Of a stretch of 55,621 bases of DNA, positions 1 through 9,355 are shown one piece after another (position 1 is the stretch's first letter; each line of letters begins with the position of its first letter). Below the pieces are notes generated by a model. That model saw only the letters and a program-made list of their open reading frames with translations, was not told the DNA's origin and ran no database searches. The translations under genes and the position numbers were made by a program. This stretch comes from a virus (taxonomy: Duplodnaviria; Caudoviricetes), in IMG/VR virus record IMGVR_UViG_3300033153_013781, positions 1 to 55,621 of that record; one strand, written 5' to 3'.

Positions 1-30
1 TGATTGATAAATCTCCTTTTTTTAGAAAAA

Positions 31-101
31 AGGGGCGAAGGAGAATTGAACTCCTATTTTCAGGTTCAAAACCTGACGTAATACCGTTATACCATCGCCC
101 T
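31..101 (-). tRNA. tRNA-Gln(TTG)
   Basis: Cloverleaf; anticodon arm TCAGG-TTTTGAA-CCTGA; T arm AGGAG-TTCAATT-CTCCT. Confidence 0.85.
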
Positions 102-102
102 A

Positions 103-166
103 TAACGTGTTTCCACTACACCACTGCCCCTAGTGAGACGCGTTAACCAGCTTACGCTATGGGGCA
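103..166 (-). pseudogene. tRNA fragments (acceptor 5' strand + D arm, twice)
   Basis: TGCCCCA-TA-GCGT-AAGCTGGTTA-ACGC followed by GGGGCAG-TG-GTGT-AGTGGAA-ACAC; no complete anticodon or T arm. Confidence 0.55.
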
Positions 167-201
167 AAGGATTTTTACAAATTTTGCGGTATAATATAAT
201 T

Positions 202-525
202 ATGAATGAACAAACCAAACAAAAAGTACTTGTTGGATTCTTAGCTGTTTTAATTATTGGAGCTGGCTCGTTTTGGTACATGGGACGAGATACATCTTCG
301 TCCAATGTTAACTATGCTTCTGGACCCACTCAACGGAGACAAAGAGTTGAAAAGGAAGTTGCAACAAAAGATATTCGCAAACGTAGTCGTAAGGAGCCAG
401 CAAGAGCAAAGGTTACCGAAAGACGTGAGCGTGCAGCTTCAGACAAAAAGAAAACATCAAGAAGAACTAGAAAAAGAAGCCAAGGCAAAAAAGTGAAGAA
501 AGAAAAACTGGTTCCTGCATCCTAA
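202..525 (+). CDS. membrane-anchored basic protein
   Basis: N-terminal hydrophobic helix VLVGFLAVLIIGAGSFWY followed by a K/R-rich tail; TATAAT just upstream. Confidence 0.7.
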   Translation: MNEQTKQKVLVGFLAVLIIGAGSFWYMGRDTSSSNVNYASGPTQRRQRVEKEVATKDIRKRSRKEPARAKVTERRERAASDKKKTSRRTRKRSQGKKVKKEKLVPAS

Positions 526-590
526 TTACCATTTAGGATCTCGTTTAAATTAGGTTCATTTATTGAAATATGCATTGTATTCCTGTCTAA

Positions 591-662
591 TGGAGCTACG
601 GGGATTTGAACCCCGGACTTCCGCGCTGCCAGCGCGGCGCTCTCCCGCTGAGCTATAGCCCC
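591..662 (-). tRNA. tRNA-Ala(GGC)
   Basis: GGGGCTA..TAGCTCC A with G3:U70; anticodon arm CCGCG-CTGGCAG-CGCGG. Confidence 0.95.
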
Positions 663-683
663 CAATAGGCTATGCTATACCTT

Positions 684-712
684 AATATAGCACAACCTGA
701 TAAAAATGTCAA
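684..712 (-). promoter_or_regulatory. sigma70-type promoter upstream of tRNA-Ala
   Basis: TTGACA-N17-TATATT with extended TG. Confidence 0.7.
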
Positions 713-945
713 GTCCTTCTTTCAAAGGTATTTTGTGGATTTTTTTCGCCTGGATAAAGCCATTCTAAAAACTTCTTTTGAGATCTACCCTTACACTGAG
801 GGCATCTCCAGACGTATTTTTTGCCTTTATATTGTTTCTTATTGTAACGAGGGACCAAAGACCATCCTGCTGTTTCTGGATCATCTGGGACATCATTACC
901 GCAAAATCGACATTGAGTGGCACCTAAATCATCATGCCGATCCAT
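709..945 (-). CDS. small Zn-ribbon-like hypothetical protein
   Basis: CRFC...CPQC; follows the upstream ORF directly. Confidence 0.6.
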   Translation of the reverse strand: MDRHDDLGATQCRFCGNDVPDDPETAGWSLVPRYNKKQYKGKKYVWRCPQCKGRSQKKFLEWLYPGEKNPQNTFERRT

Positions 946-946
946 G

Positions 947-1342
947 TTAATACCTGGTGCTGATTTTTGTTGCTGCTCTCTGCGAATATCCCGAATTTGA
1001 AGTCAGGAATTGATCCATCCAAGACCAATCATCCATGACGTAATTCGCAAACTCCTGCTGAGTCAGTTTAACCTCATCATCAATGCTCATTTCAAGCATT
1101 TTGATGACGCGGCTATACTGTTTTGTTTGGTCTTGTGGTTGTTCCAAAGCAAAAATCAGACTCACTTTTTTGTTGTTGTTTTTGGCATCTTCAATTCTCT
1201 CTTGCAGAGCTTTAAGAGCAGCTTTGTGATAGCCATCTAAGGATTCTAGAAAAATACTACGATGCTCATCTCGATTTGCTCTGAGAATTTTAAGAAGTTT
1301 TGTCTTGTCAACCTTAACAACTTCCATACCATAATTTTGCAT
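947..1342 (-). CDS. hypothetical protein
   Basis: 131 aa ORF with GGAG RBS. Confidence 0.75.
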   Translation of the reverse strand: MQNYGMEVVKVDKTKLLKILRANRDEHRSIFLESLDGYHKAALKALQERIEDAKNNNKKVSLIFALEQPQDQTKQYSRVIKMLEMSIDDEVKLTQQEFANYVMDDWSWMDQFLTSNSGYSQRAATKISTRY

Positions 1343-1378
1343 TATTCATCTCCATATTGCAATTGTTAATTTATCCAT

Positions 1379-1451
1379 TAGCCCGAGTGGGGATCGAACC
1401 CACATTCGCCTGTTTCGAAGACAGGTGCTGTTCCATTTCAGCTTCCGGGCT
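1379..1451 (-). tRNA. tRNA-Arg(TCG)
   Basis: Anticodon arm CCTGT-CTTCGAA-ACAGG; T arm GTGGG-TTCGATC-CCCAC. Confidence 0.85.
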
Positions 1452-1662
1452 TTGTTTGAATTCCAATCTCATAAGCCAGTCCTAAGAGACTTGCCAAGTC
1501 TCCCAACTTTGCATCGGGATAACCTGACGATAATAATTCTTCCAGTTGTTTTATTAGCCTATTTTGATCGTCATTGCGTTCTTTTTTTGTGTGAGGTCCA
1601 TGTTTAGTGATATGCCAGATACCACACCAAAATTTTCCTTCTTCAGTGGTTGTTTTCTTCAT
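1438..1662 (-). CDS. hypothetical protein (stop codon inside tRNA-Arg)
   Basis: Start MKKTTT chosen; TGA lies in the tRNA D arm. Confidence 0.55.
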   Translation of the reverse strand: MKKTTTEEGKFWCGIWHITKHGPHTKKERNDDQNRLIKQLEELLSSGYPDAKLGDLASLLGLAYEIGIQTKPGS

Positions 1663-1909
1663 GTGGTTGCCTTTCACGTTCAGGTCTGGTACGCTCCCAA
1701 ACTTCATCGAATTCCTTATGAGTAATATCCATAGCAGCTTCATAATTGCCTTTGGATTTTTCTGCCAAATCTGATAATTGTTTTTCTACATGTTCTCCAC
1801 AACCCGCAGGAAAAGCTGTACCACACCAAAGAATGTCAACTTGTTCTTTATGAGTTAGAAGCGGAAAATGTTTTCTTACGGCTGTTCCACATGTGAGGCA
1901 CATTTTCAT
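1643..1909 (-). CDS. hypothetical protein
   Basis: 88 aa ORF in a packed operon. Confidence 0.6.
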   Translation of the reverse strand: MKMCLTCGTAVRKHFPLLTHKEQVDILWCGTAFPAGCGEHVEKQLSDLAEKSKGNYEAAMDITHKEFDEVWERTRPERERQPHEENNH

Positions 1910-1910
1910 G

Positions 1911-2180
1911 TTATCCGTCCTTATTCATTGGAAATTGGTCGGTATGTAATTCTCCTGAATCATCTACAAATCCGGTAACAATTTCACCACTGTTAAATGC
2001 TTGAGCGATTACTTCTCTGGCATGAGGATTATCAGCTTCTACTTGATCAGGAGTAATTCTTTGAAATCCGATGGTGTCAGGTTCTTCTTGGCATTGACTT
2101 CTTTGATTTCTTCCTATAGCAAATCCTATTACAAATGTTATAATTCCAGCTATCAGTGATATGATTAGAGTTTCGTTCAT
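1911..2180 (-). CDS. single-TM membrane protein
   Basis: N-terminal hydrophobic helix; ATGA overlap with upstream ORF. Confidence 0.7.
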   Translation of the reverse strand: MNETLIISLIAGIITFVIGFAIGRNQRSQCQEEPDTIGFQRITPDQVEADNPHAREVIAQAFNSGEIVTGFVDDSGELHTDQFPMNKDG

Positions 2181-2446
2181 TTTGTTTCCTCAGCCATTTT
2201 AACATCTTCACCTGTTACCACTTTTACGTATTCTTTGATGCCATCTTTTGTTCCATCAACTTGTTTGGGCGTTAGATTCCAAGAGCATCCTTCGCCTGCC
2301 ATGATTTTATCTACTGGAGCATTACCAAATACATTAGAAAGTAATTTATGCATGGCTTTGGCTTGTTTTCGTTGAGCCCGAGACATTCGTAGCCAACGCC
2401 AGTAGTATTGAGTAATAAACCATCGTCGTTTGATCCATTTTATCAT
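2177..2446 (-). CDS. hypothetical protein
   Basis: Start MIKWIKRR overlaps the upstream stop; GGAGG RBS. Confidence 0.65.
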   Translation of the reverse strand: MIKWIKRRWFITQYYWRWLRMSRAQRKQAKAMHKLLSNVFGNAPVDKIMAGEGCSWNLTPKQVDGTKDGIKEYVKVVTGEDVKMAEETK

Positions 2447-2637
2447 CGAAGTCCTCCAAGAGCTTTTTGTTTCCATTCTGGCCAATCGTCAACTATTTTC
2501 GAAGCTTCTTCTAAATGCTTCAAAAAGTTTTTTGATTGCTTGTCTCGAATTTTGTTAACAGCTTTTCTCAGAATCTTTTCTTCTTCTTCATCTAATTCAT
2601 TATGAGAGATAGGATCAATGATCCATTCAGCTTTCAT
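2443..2637 (-). CDS. hypothetical protein
   Basis: 64 aa ORF, coupled to downstream ORF. Confidence 0.6.
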   Translation of the reverse strand: MKAEWIIDPISHNELDEEEEKILRKAVNKIRDKQSKNFLKHLEEASKIVDDWPEWKQKALGGLR

Positions 2638-2701
2638 GTCGTCTCTTCCTAATGCGATCTATTTGTTTTGCCAAGAACCACTTTTTCGCGGAAAAATACT
2701 T

Positions 2702-3112
2702 TCATGCAATATTTTTAACGCCTTCATAATCCGCATTATTTATTGCTGCGTCGATTGCTTTGTCGGTCTTAGCAAGAGATTTTTCAACCTTTTGTCGCTC
2801 AGCATGCTTGCTTTTTGAATAATGTTCATGAGCTATGCTTCCATCTGCATTTAAGCCGACATTATCTGGTTTAATTTTATCAAGCTCTTTGGCTTGAACT
2901 TTTCGTTTTGCAAGAGCTTTTGCAAGCAACTCAGCTCGATTAGCAACTTCCTCTTCCACGAGGCTTTCCACAACACGTTTGCGTATCTCACCTGCTTTTT
3001 GTTGATCTTGAATAGACTCCTTAACATCAATTTGAAGTTTTACTGCTTCGGGATTAGCAGAAGGTTGAACTTCCTGTGTTAGATTTTCTGTTCCTTCAGT
3101 TACATCTGTCAT
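2702..3112 (-). CDS. coiled-coil hypothetical protein
   Basis: 136 aa ORF with GGAG RBS. Confidence 0.75.
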   Translation of the reverse strand: MTDVTEGTENLTQEVQPSANPEAVKLQIDVKESIQDQQKAGEIRKRVVESLVEEEVANRAELLAKALAKRKVQAKELDKIKPDNVGLNADGSIAHEHYSKSKHAERQKVEKSLAKTDKAIDAAINNADYEGVKNIA

Positions 3113-3160
3113 AATTTTCTCCGTTAATAGTTTAGGATAAATCGTTGTTCAAATACAGGT

Positions 3161-3331
3161 CTATTTCTTATACATTCTGGACATAATGGTTTCTACTTCT
3201 ATTTCGCGTCTTACCCAATGAAAGGAAGATTCTGTAAGTTGCAGTGCTCGTCGTACAACTTCTCCATTAAGCACTAATGCTTCTGCTTCTGCTTCAACTT
3301 CTTTAAAAATATCCTCAGCGATAGCTAACAT
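3161..3331 (-). CDS. 56-aa hypothetical protein, paralog of the upstream ORF
   Basis: Own translation MLAIAEDIFKEVEAEAEALVLNGEVVRRAL...; resembles AIAVDIFNEV..LNGEIVRRAL. Confidence 0.55.
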   Translation of the reverse strand: MLAIAEDIFKEVEAEAEALVLNGEVVRRALQLTESSFHWVRREIEVETIMSRMYKK

Positions 3332-3768
3332 AGTTGAGGCAAACTCCGAGGATATTTATTTGTTGGATTATAAAGATGTATACACGCCACACAAGGCCAA
3401 ATTTTTCTTAATTGTTTGCGTAAACTGGACGCCTCAGATTCATAATGAACCATTTGACCATATTCGGGTTTTGCATTGACACTATATATTTGCACATCTT
3501 CTCTTCCAAAGATTTTTATCGTTAAACGATGGATTTTTAGTCGATAATCGGTATATTCTCGCAGCATCAATCTAAAATTTCCCGGATTTTTTATAAAACC
3601 GCAACAACACCCATGCAAAGCTCGTCGTACAATTTCGCCATTGAGAGTCGTAACATTGGTATCAACTTCATTGAAAATGTCTACAGCAATAGCCTGGACG
3701 GGATTCGAACCCGCGTTACCACCTTGAGAGAGTGGCGTGCTAACCGCTGCACTACCAAGCCGTATCAT
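3325..3768 (-). CDS. hypothetical protein reading in-frame through tRNA-Glu
   Basis: TAATG coupling to the radical SAM gene; paralogy with 3161..3331. Confidence 0.5.
   Translation of the reverse strand: MIRLGSAAVSTPLSQGGNAGSNPVQAIAVDIFNEVDTNVTTLNGEIVRRALHGCCCGFIKNPGNFRLMLREYTDYRLKIHRLTIKIFGREDVQIYSVNAKPEYGQMVHYESEASSLRKQLRKIWPCVACIHLYNPTNKYPRSLPQLC
3690..3761 (-). tRNA. tRNA-Glu(CTC)
   Basis: GGCTTGG..CCAGGCT A; anticodon arm CCACT-CTCTCAA-GGTGG. Confidence 0.9.
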
Positions 3769-4715
3769 TAGAGTAATCTCGCTCCATCATATTGCCAGTC
3801 ATAGAATAATGTTCCATTTCCAAAAAAGATTAGCGTCCTGATTTCATCTGAAGATGGTTCAACTGTTAAACAATCTGAAACACAAAGATTTTGACCATTG
3901 TAATCATAAACTCGTGCTTCATGAGCACCATTCATAAGCGTCATAATACGAGTAGCATCTCTTTCAATCGTATCACGAATATCTTTTTCTTGATCACTAC
4001 GAAGTCCATGGATACCAACATACTCATCTTCTGGGGTTTGATATAATACATGAAGTCCTTTCGGATTTGGACGACGTATGGGTCGAATTGTCAACTGCTC
4101 AACGCCTTCGTTTTTGCACCAACTGGCTACCTCGTTGACCTTGGCTGGATTGTCAATCATTCCGTCCATCATCATGACACAAAGACGAATGGAATAACCC
4201 AAATCATGTAAAAATCTTATCGTACGGTCAAGGGCAGGATATGGTTTACGATAAATACGCTCGTTATGTTCTTGAGCAATTCCAACTGTAGAAATAGCAA
4301 TGGTATTAAGTCCTAATTCTTTCCATTCTTCGAGATGCGTTTGGGTAGTACGGATATATTTTTCATATTTTTCAACCCCTATCTGCGTCGTCCCATGAAT
4401 TTTAGCCAAATACCCAATCTGAATCGCATTGGTCTGCAATTCAATGAATGGAAATTGATCTTTTAATTGATGGAGATAAAATTCAATCTCATCTGGATAA
4501 AGAGTTGGTTCGCCTTTGCCCGTAAGAAGGACGGTTGTTGTTCCGCACATTTTAGCAAGCTGTATTGCTTTGTTAAGGTTTTGGCTAAGGTTTGTATGAT
4601 TGATTCCTGGATTTTTGGGTAGATTTTCAAACTTTGTCATATGCGAAACACAAAATGGACATGCTGCATCACAAGCCGATGTCCCAACAACGATTGAAAA
4701 TGTTTGAATTTTCAT
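3768..4715 (-). CDS. radical SAM protein
   Basis: CDAACPFC (CxxxCxxC) and TGKGEP motifs. Confidence 0.9.
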   Translation of the reverse strand: MKIQTFSIVVGTSACDAACPFCVSHMTKFENLPKNPGINHTNLSQNLNKAIQLAKMCGTTTVLLTGKGEPTLYPDEIEFYLHQLKDQFPFIELQTNAIQIGYLAKIHGTTQIGVEKYEKYIRTTQTHLEEWKELGLNTIAISTVGIAQEHNERIYRKPYPALDRTIRFLHDLGYSIRLCVMMMDGMIDNPAKVNEVASWCKNEGVEQLTIRPIRRPNPKGLHVLYQTPEDEYVGIHGLRSDQEKDIRDTIERDATRIMTLMNGAHEARVYDYNGQNLCVSDCLTVEPSSDEIRTLIFFGNGTLFYDWQYDGARLL

Positions 4716-5089
4716 GTTAGCTCCAGTTTCATATACTCTTCAGCAGAAATCATGTTTTCAGAATCAATCGAATCAGCTTTCAATTTGACTAACCAACCTT
4801 TTCCAAATGCATCATCATTGATTAATTCTGGATGATCTATCAATTCTTCATTGATTTCGATAATTTCACCGGGCATAGCAGCAAAAATTTCTGATGTAGC
4901 TTTAACAGATTCTACTTCTCCAATGTTACCGTTGACATCTATTTGAGTGCCTACAGAATACAATTCAACGTATGTGATATCTGTGAGAGTATCAGCAGCA
5001 TATTGGGTAATCCCAATTGTTACCGTATCACCCTCAATAAGAAACCATTCGTGAGAATTACTGTATTTTCTGTCTGTTGGTGCATTCAT
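4712..5089 (-). CDS. gcvH: glycine cleavage system H protein
   Basis: SHEW..GITQYA..VESVKA (lipoyl Lys)..GKGWLVK. Confidence 0.95.
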   Translation of the reverse strand: MNAPTDRKYSNSHEWFLIEGDTVTIGITQYAADTLTDITYVELYSVGTQIDVNGNIGEVESVKATSEIFAAMPGEIIEINEELIDHPELINDDAFGKGWLVKLKADSIDSENMISAEEYMKLELT

Positions 5090-5093
5090 AGTA

Positions 5094-5166
5094 TGGCCCT
5101 GGAGGGATTCGAACCCTCAACATTTACTTTAGAAGAGTAATGCTCGTCCGTTTGAGCTTCAGGGCT
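5094..5166 (-). tRNA. tRNA-Arg(TCT)
   Basis: Anticodon arm TTACT-CTTCTAA-AGTAA; T arm GAGGG-TTCGAAT-CCCTC. Confidence 0.9.
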
Positions 5167-5195
5167 ATTGTACTGGATATGGCTAGAAATGTCAA
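5167..5195 (-). promoter_or_regulatory. sigma70-type promoter
   Basis: TTGACA-N17-TACAAT; the -10 box abuts the tRNA-Arg 5' end. Confidence 0.6.
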
Positions 5196-5209
5196 GCCTA
5201 AAATTACAC

Positions 5210-7354
5210 CTATACCTGGGCCAGATAGGCAGTTTTTTGAAACCAATTTCGGGCAGCAACAAGTTGGCGACTTGCTAATAATCTTTGTTGCTCCGCCCAG
5301 AAGTGCTGGACAGTAGTTTCGGCTAAGAGTTGCTCTTGTACCAAACTCCAATGTTCTTTTTGTGCTTCTGCTAATTCTTGACGGGTATTTTTGCCATCGC
5401 GAATTTTTTGAGCGTATTGCTCATCTATATTTTGAATCCGTTGTGCAATGTCCCTTTTCTTTTGAACCGTTTGATAAATTACAGCATCAGGAGTTTCATC
5501 TAAAACCATGTAATGAGTGGTAACAGGATTCTGACTGTTAACTCGAAATGCTCTACCTTCAACTTGATCAGCATCTTTGGGAGTCCATGAAATATCATTC
5601 ACAATAACATTGCCTACAATATTCGGCAAATCCAACCCAGTTCCAGATGAAAGAACTCCCAAAACAAAAACTTTTATAGGGGAGTTTGGGTCACGAAAAT
5701 TTTCAATCAAATTGCTTTTCATAGCTGTTCCAGTTCCCTCGCCCATAGTCATAGCAACTTCCATCCCATATGGTTGAAGTTGAGCTCTAAGTGAACTTTC
5801 TAATGCTTGAGCAGGTTCCACAAAGCAGGTGAAAATCAATACCTTTTCTCCCTGTTGTATCAACTGCATGGCTTTGTTTACAGAATGTGGGACTTTTTGA
5901 AGAGCCATTTCAATACGATAGGCGGTCAATGTAGTAAGCGGAGATTCAGGAGCATCTGTTTTTTTCATGTTATTTAAACGAGTTTGAACAGCTTCTGTCA
6001 AATTTGCCCTAATATTATCATCTGTGGGTAACATTTCTGGATTACGAAAATGATCAGGCAGATCAGGCTTAACTTGTTTCTTAGTTTTGCGCTGATAAAC
6101 ATCTGTTAAAATCAGCATAGCATGAAGACCAGTGACACTTTCTATTTGTTCGTCTACAACTGAGCGTAGGTTCTCTTCGGAAAGTTGTTTTACTATGTTT
6201 AGTTTGGAATTAAGATCTAATTCATCAAATCCCCCATACTCTTGTCTTGTGAAATTTAAGAAATCTTTGGCACTGGATGGATCAACTAAATATTCTCCTT
6301 GTTGTCCCCTTATTTTTTTAGTTTTCATGCCGGTGTATTTCTGATTAAAACGACGAGGAGTCATAGATCCCATGGAATTTCCAACCGCAAGCAACTGACG
6401 ATGTAAATCAGAAGGCTTGTTTGCAGAAACGGTTGCACTGGCTCCCCATTTAAAAGGAATTGTTTTGCCGATAATTTCTACATTTTTGGAAGTATTTGAT
6501 GTAGAATTTTTAACCATATGTGATTCATCCATAATCATTACATCAAAGTTTTGCAATCTAAGTTGTTGCATAAGAGCTTCAACTTGAGCTTGTCGTTGAA
6601 CTTTGTTACCTGCCATTTCAGCATCAACCATTTCACTGGCATCTTCTGCTTCTTCAGTATTCTCCATTTGATTCTCTTGTTGAGCTTGAGTTAAGACATT
6701 AATTTTACCATATGAAAGAACAAGCCATTTAGCATTGGGTTGACTCATGTCTTCGATGCGTAATTTAACGGGTGATTCTGGGCTCTGCAAAAATTCATCA
6801 GTATCAGGTAATCCAGCAACTTGTAAGATTCTTTTTGCGAATTGATTAATTACGCTTGCCAAGGTAAAGATAAGAATTTTTCCTGATGCCAGGGTAGATT
6901 TATGACCCTCTTCGGCGTCCCATAAATTTTTATCTTTAGTTCGCATATCTGCTGCAATAATCAATTGTTCTGTTTTCCCAACACCTGTTTCATCTCCCAG
7001 GAGAGCTGATTGTCGCGAATAAAGCCATTGAACTCCTTTCCCTTGTAAAGGGAAAAGTCGATAAGGATCTTGTCCTGTTTTTCGTATCCAATACTCATTA
7101 ACTTCTGCTTGAAATTTTTCTTCATCAGGAATAAACATCCCATGCTCATCTTTTAACCGTTGACGATTAGCCCGTGCTTTATAATATCCATCCAAAATTC
7201 CATTAACAATTCTGCCAAGTGTAACATGCTCGGAATTTCTTAACTCAGAACCCTTCATCAAAGCTTTTTGAAATAAATCTGTCGTATCGAATTTGCTCAT
7301 AGCAAGCAATTTTTGGAAATCTTGCCTTACTCTTTCCTTGCATGTAATATTCAC
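5210..7354 (-). CDS. SNF2-family helicase (C-terminal ATPase part)
   Basis: GDETGVGKT, MDESH, SATVSAN, GTGLDL and QVEGRAFR motifs. Confidence 0.9.
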   Translation of the reverse strand: MNITCKERVRQDFQKLLAMSKFDTTDLFQKALMKGSELRNSEHVTLGRIVNGILDGYYKARANRQRLKDEHGMFIPDEEKFQAEVNEYWIRKTGQDPYRLFPLQGKGVQWLYSRQSALLGDETGVGKTEQLIIAADMRTKDKNLWDAEEGHKSTLASGKILIFTLASVINQFAKRILQVAGLPDTDEFLQSPESPVKLRIEDMSQPNAKWLVLSYGKINVLTQAQQENQMENTEEAEDASEMVDAEMAGNKVQRQAQVEALMQQLRLQNFDVMIMDESHMVKNSTSNTSKNVEIIGKTIPFKWGASATVSANKPSDLHRQLLAVGNSMGSMTPRRFNQKYTGMKTKKIRGQQGEYLVDPSSAKDFLNFTRQEYGGFDELDLNSKLNIVKQLSEENLRSVVDEQIESVTGLHAMLILTDVYQRKTKKQVKPDLPDHFRNPEMLPTDDNIRANLTEAVQTRLNNMKKTDAPESPLTTLTAYRIEMALQKVPHSVNKAMQLIQQGEKVLIFTCFVEPAQALESSLRAQLQPYGMEVAMTMGEGTGTAMKSNLIENFRDPNSPIKVFVLGVLSSGTGLDLPNIVGNVIVNDISWTPKDADQVEGRAFRVNSQNPVTTHYMVLDETPDAVIYQTVQKKRDIAQRIQNIDEQYAQKIRDGKNTRQELAEAQKEHWSLVQEQLLAETTVQHFWAEQQRLLASRQLVAARNWFQKTAYLAQV

Positions 7355-8372
7355 CAGCAGGTTGGAGTAATTTCTCGCGTTTTTTTGCTCTATTTTCTCT
7401 TGAACGATCAGAAATTACTGGAGCAACTGGAGCAAATTGAGCAAATTGTTGTACAGGTTGTTGTACAGGTTGCTGTGGTTGAATCCTTTCAACAGCTTCA
7501 CCTTTTACTGTAAATACCTTTTCAACGAGATCTATAAAGAGAGGTAATAAATTTGTTTGTTCGTGGGCTCCTCCAAATTGATTTAAATCAACGGCAAGAT
7601 GATAATTTGTAGTGGCAGATACATTATCAAATCTGATCAAAAACTTAGAGACGCTTTGACTTGATACTTCTCCTGATTCTATTCTTTGCATAGCAGCATC
7701 TATGGCAGAAGTATCGTATTGTAGTTCTGTAAAAATTTGTTTCAATTCAGGAATTTGTTCAGGATTCAATCCTACCACCAACCAGTCATTAGGCAAAAGT
7801 TTAGCGTTACGTTGTAATGCTATACCTAATCGAGTTTGTATAGCGTGCCGAATAGGATTGTAAGCTTTGGCATTAGCATCGAGACCAGAAAAAAGAAAGG
7901 CTCTTTGTTTTTCAGGAATGTGAGAAGTCCAACTGAGAGCATAATTAGTTATGTTTCCTTGCTGTGGCATCATCTCAAAACGGGTTACTTTTTGACCCTT
8001 AGCATGTCGTCGATTTACTTGTTCTTGTGCCTGTTGTTCTCGAAGTTGTTTTCGCTGATTCAATTCACCGTTAAGACGATTTGTTTCAGCTCGTAAATGT
8101 GGAGCCATATTTTGAATATTGGCCAAACAATCCTGAATCACTTTGGCGGATAATAAAGCCTGTCCATTATTCTGTAAAATTAAATTTGTACCAGGATCAT
8201 TTTGAATTGCGTTGAACCAATATACACGGGATGGATCTTGGGATGGATTGGCTAAAATCTGATTAATCATGGTTTGTAGGCTATTTATGTTGGAAACCCC
8301 AAAGGAAACAGCGATTTCGCCGCCGTGAGCAGCTTTTTTTTCCATTTGAAATAATCGAAGGAGCCAATTCAT
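7245..8372 (-). CDS. probable N-terminal part of the SNF2 helicase (frameshifted)
   Basis: Overlaps the helicase ORF by 110 nt in a +1 frame offset; start MNWLL chosen. Confidence 0.65.
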   Translation of the reverse strand: MNWLLRLFQMEKKAAHGGEIAVSFGVSNINSLQTMINQILANPSQDPSRVYWFNAIQNDPGTNLILQNNGQALLSAKVIQDCLANIQNMAPHLRAETNRLNGELNQRKQLREQQAQEQVNRRHAKGQKVTRFEMMPQQGNITNYALSWTSHIPEKQRAFLFSGLDANAKAYNPIRHAIQTRLGIALQRNAKLLPNDWLVVGLNPEQIPELKQIFTELQYDTSAIDAAMQRIESGEVSSQSVSKFLIRFDNVSATTNYHLAVDLNQFGGAHEQTNLLPLFIDLVEKVFTVKGEAVERIQPQQPVQQPVQQFAQFAPVAPVISDRSRENRAKKREKLLQPAGEYYMQGKSKARFPKIACYEQIRYDRFISKSFDEGF

Positions 8373-8451
8373 ACATGTATTTGCTCCACAAAAAAGCAAA
8401 AACCTGTTTTGTGTCCTTGACTATTTTAGGAAATTATGGTAGATTAGAACC

Positions 8452-8685
8452 ATGGAGCTTTATAAAATCATATTACACAGTTGTGAGGCCGTAGATTTTG
8501 TTGTGGTAACATTTGCTTTACAAAAAGTGATGAACTGGGAATTTATTCGTGCATATCAATTCTGCCAAGAAGCAGATCAGAATGGCACCAGTGTACTCTG
8601 CATTGCTTCTTCTCAAAAAGCTCACGATTATATTTTAGAGCTAGAAGAAGAAGGTGGATTGCTTGTCGAACAAGTTCCAATTTAA
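8452..8685 (+). CDS. clpS: ClpS-like adaptor protein
   Basis: YKIILH..VVVTFALQKV..AYQFCQEADQNGTSV pattern; lacks the usual NDD motif; TTGACT-N17-TAGATT just upstream. Confidence 0.6.
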   Translation: MELYKIILHSCEAVDFVVVTFALQKVMNWEFIRAYQFCQEADQNGTSVLCIASSQKAHDYILELEEEGGLLVEQVPI

Positions 8686-8686
8686 T

Positions 8687-8761
8687 TCTGGGAGAGAGGA
8701 TTCGAACCTCTGACTTCCTGGTTCCGGGCCAGGTACTCTAACCGGACTGAGCTACACCCAG
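8687..8761 (-). tRNA. tRNA-Pro(CGG)
   Basis: CTGGGTG..CTCCCAG A; loop CC-CGG-AA. Confidence 0.9.
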
Positions 8762-8825
8762 TATGTGCGATGACGAGGATGTCATCGCAGAAATGCCAAT
8801 TCGTGCAAATTGACATATGGCAGGT

Positions 8826-9203
8826 TTACCACCACAAACCCCTGAAATTTTTGCCAAAAAGAGTCAAACCTTCCTGAAGTTTCTTGTAATAGATTTTCAC
8901 TTCTTCGTCTGTTAAATCATCAGGATGAATAAAGTCTCCGCCATTACTTTTGGCAATTTGCTCCATAGACCAAATCATCTTGTTGACCATTCGACACCAT
9001 TCTGCATTTCTTCCACAATTTGAACAATCATCGCGGAATTCGTTTTCGTGAAATCTTTTGAGACGTGGAGCTACAAATTTTGCTATTGTGAATTCGAGAC
9101 TGAAAGTATCTTCATCGATGAATCCTTGTTTGTGTCGTTGCTTCCATTCGCGCCAGAATGTTCGAGTAAAGATTCGTGGACGGTAAAAAGTAATCTTAAT
9201 CAT
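8826..9203 (-). CDS. hypothetical phage protein
   Basis: AGGAG RBS; ends GLTLFGKNFRGLWW. Confidence 0.75.
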   Translation of the reverse strand: MIKITFYRPRIFTRTFWREWKQRHKQGFIDEDTFSLEFTIAKFVAPRLKRFHENEFRDDCSNCGRNAEWCRMVNKMIWSMEQIAKSNGGDFIHPDDLTDEEVKIYYKKLQEGLTLFGKNFRGLWW

Positions 9204-9277
9204 GTTATTCTCCTACACAGCGTTGTTGCTGCTCAGAAAATTGTCATTCGATACATATTATTCTCCTTCTTATTAAA

Positions 9278-9352
9278 TCGGGATGAGAAGATTTGAACTT
9301 CCGCTCTCATGTTCCCCGAACATGCGCTTTTACCAGACTAAGCTACACCCCG
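9278..9352 (-). tRNA. tRNA-Pro(GGG)
   Basis: CGGGGTG..CATCCCG A; loop TC-GGG-GA. Confidence 0.9.
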
Positions 9353-9355
9353 TAA

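Noticed and set aside
8766-8789. TGCGATGAC/GTCATCGCA as a third permuted element
   Set aside because: Simple local hairpin with no tRNA halves or ATACAAACAAT motif
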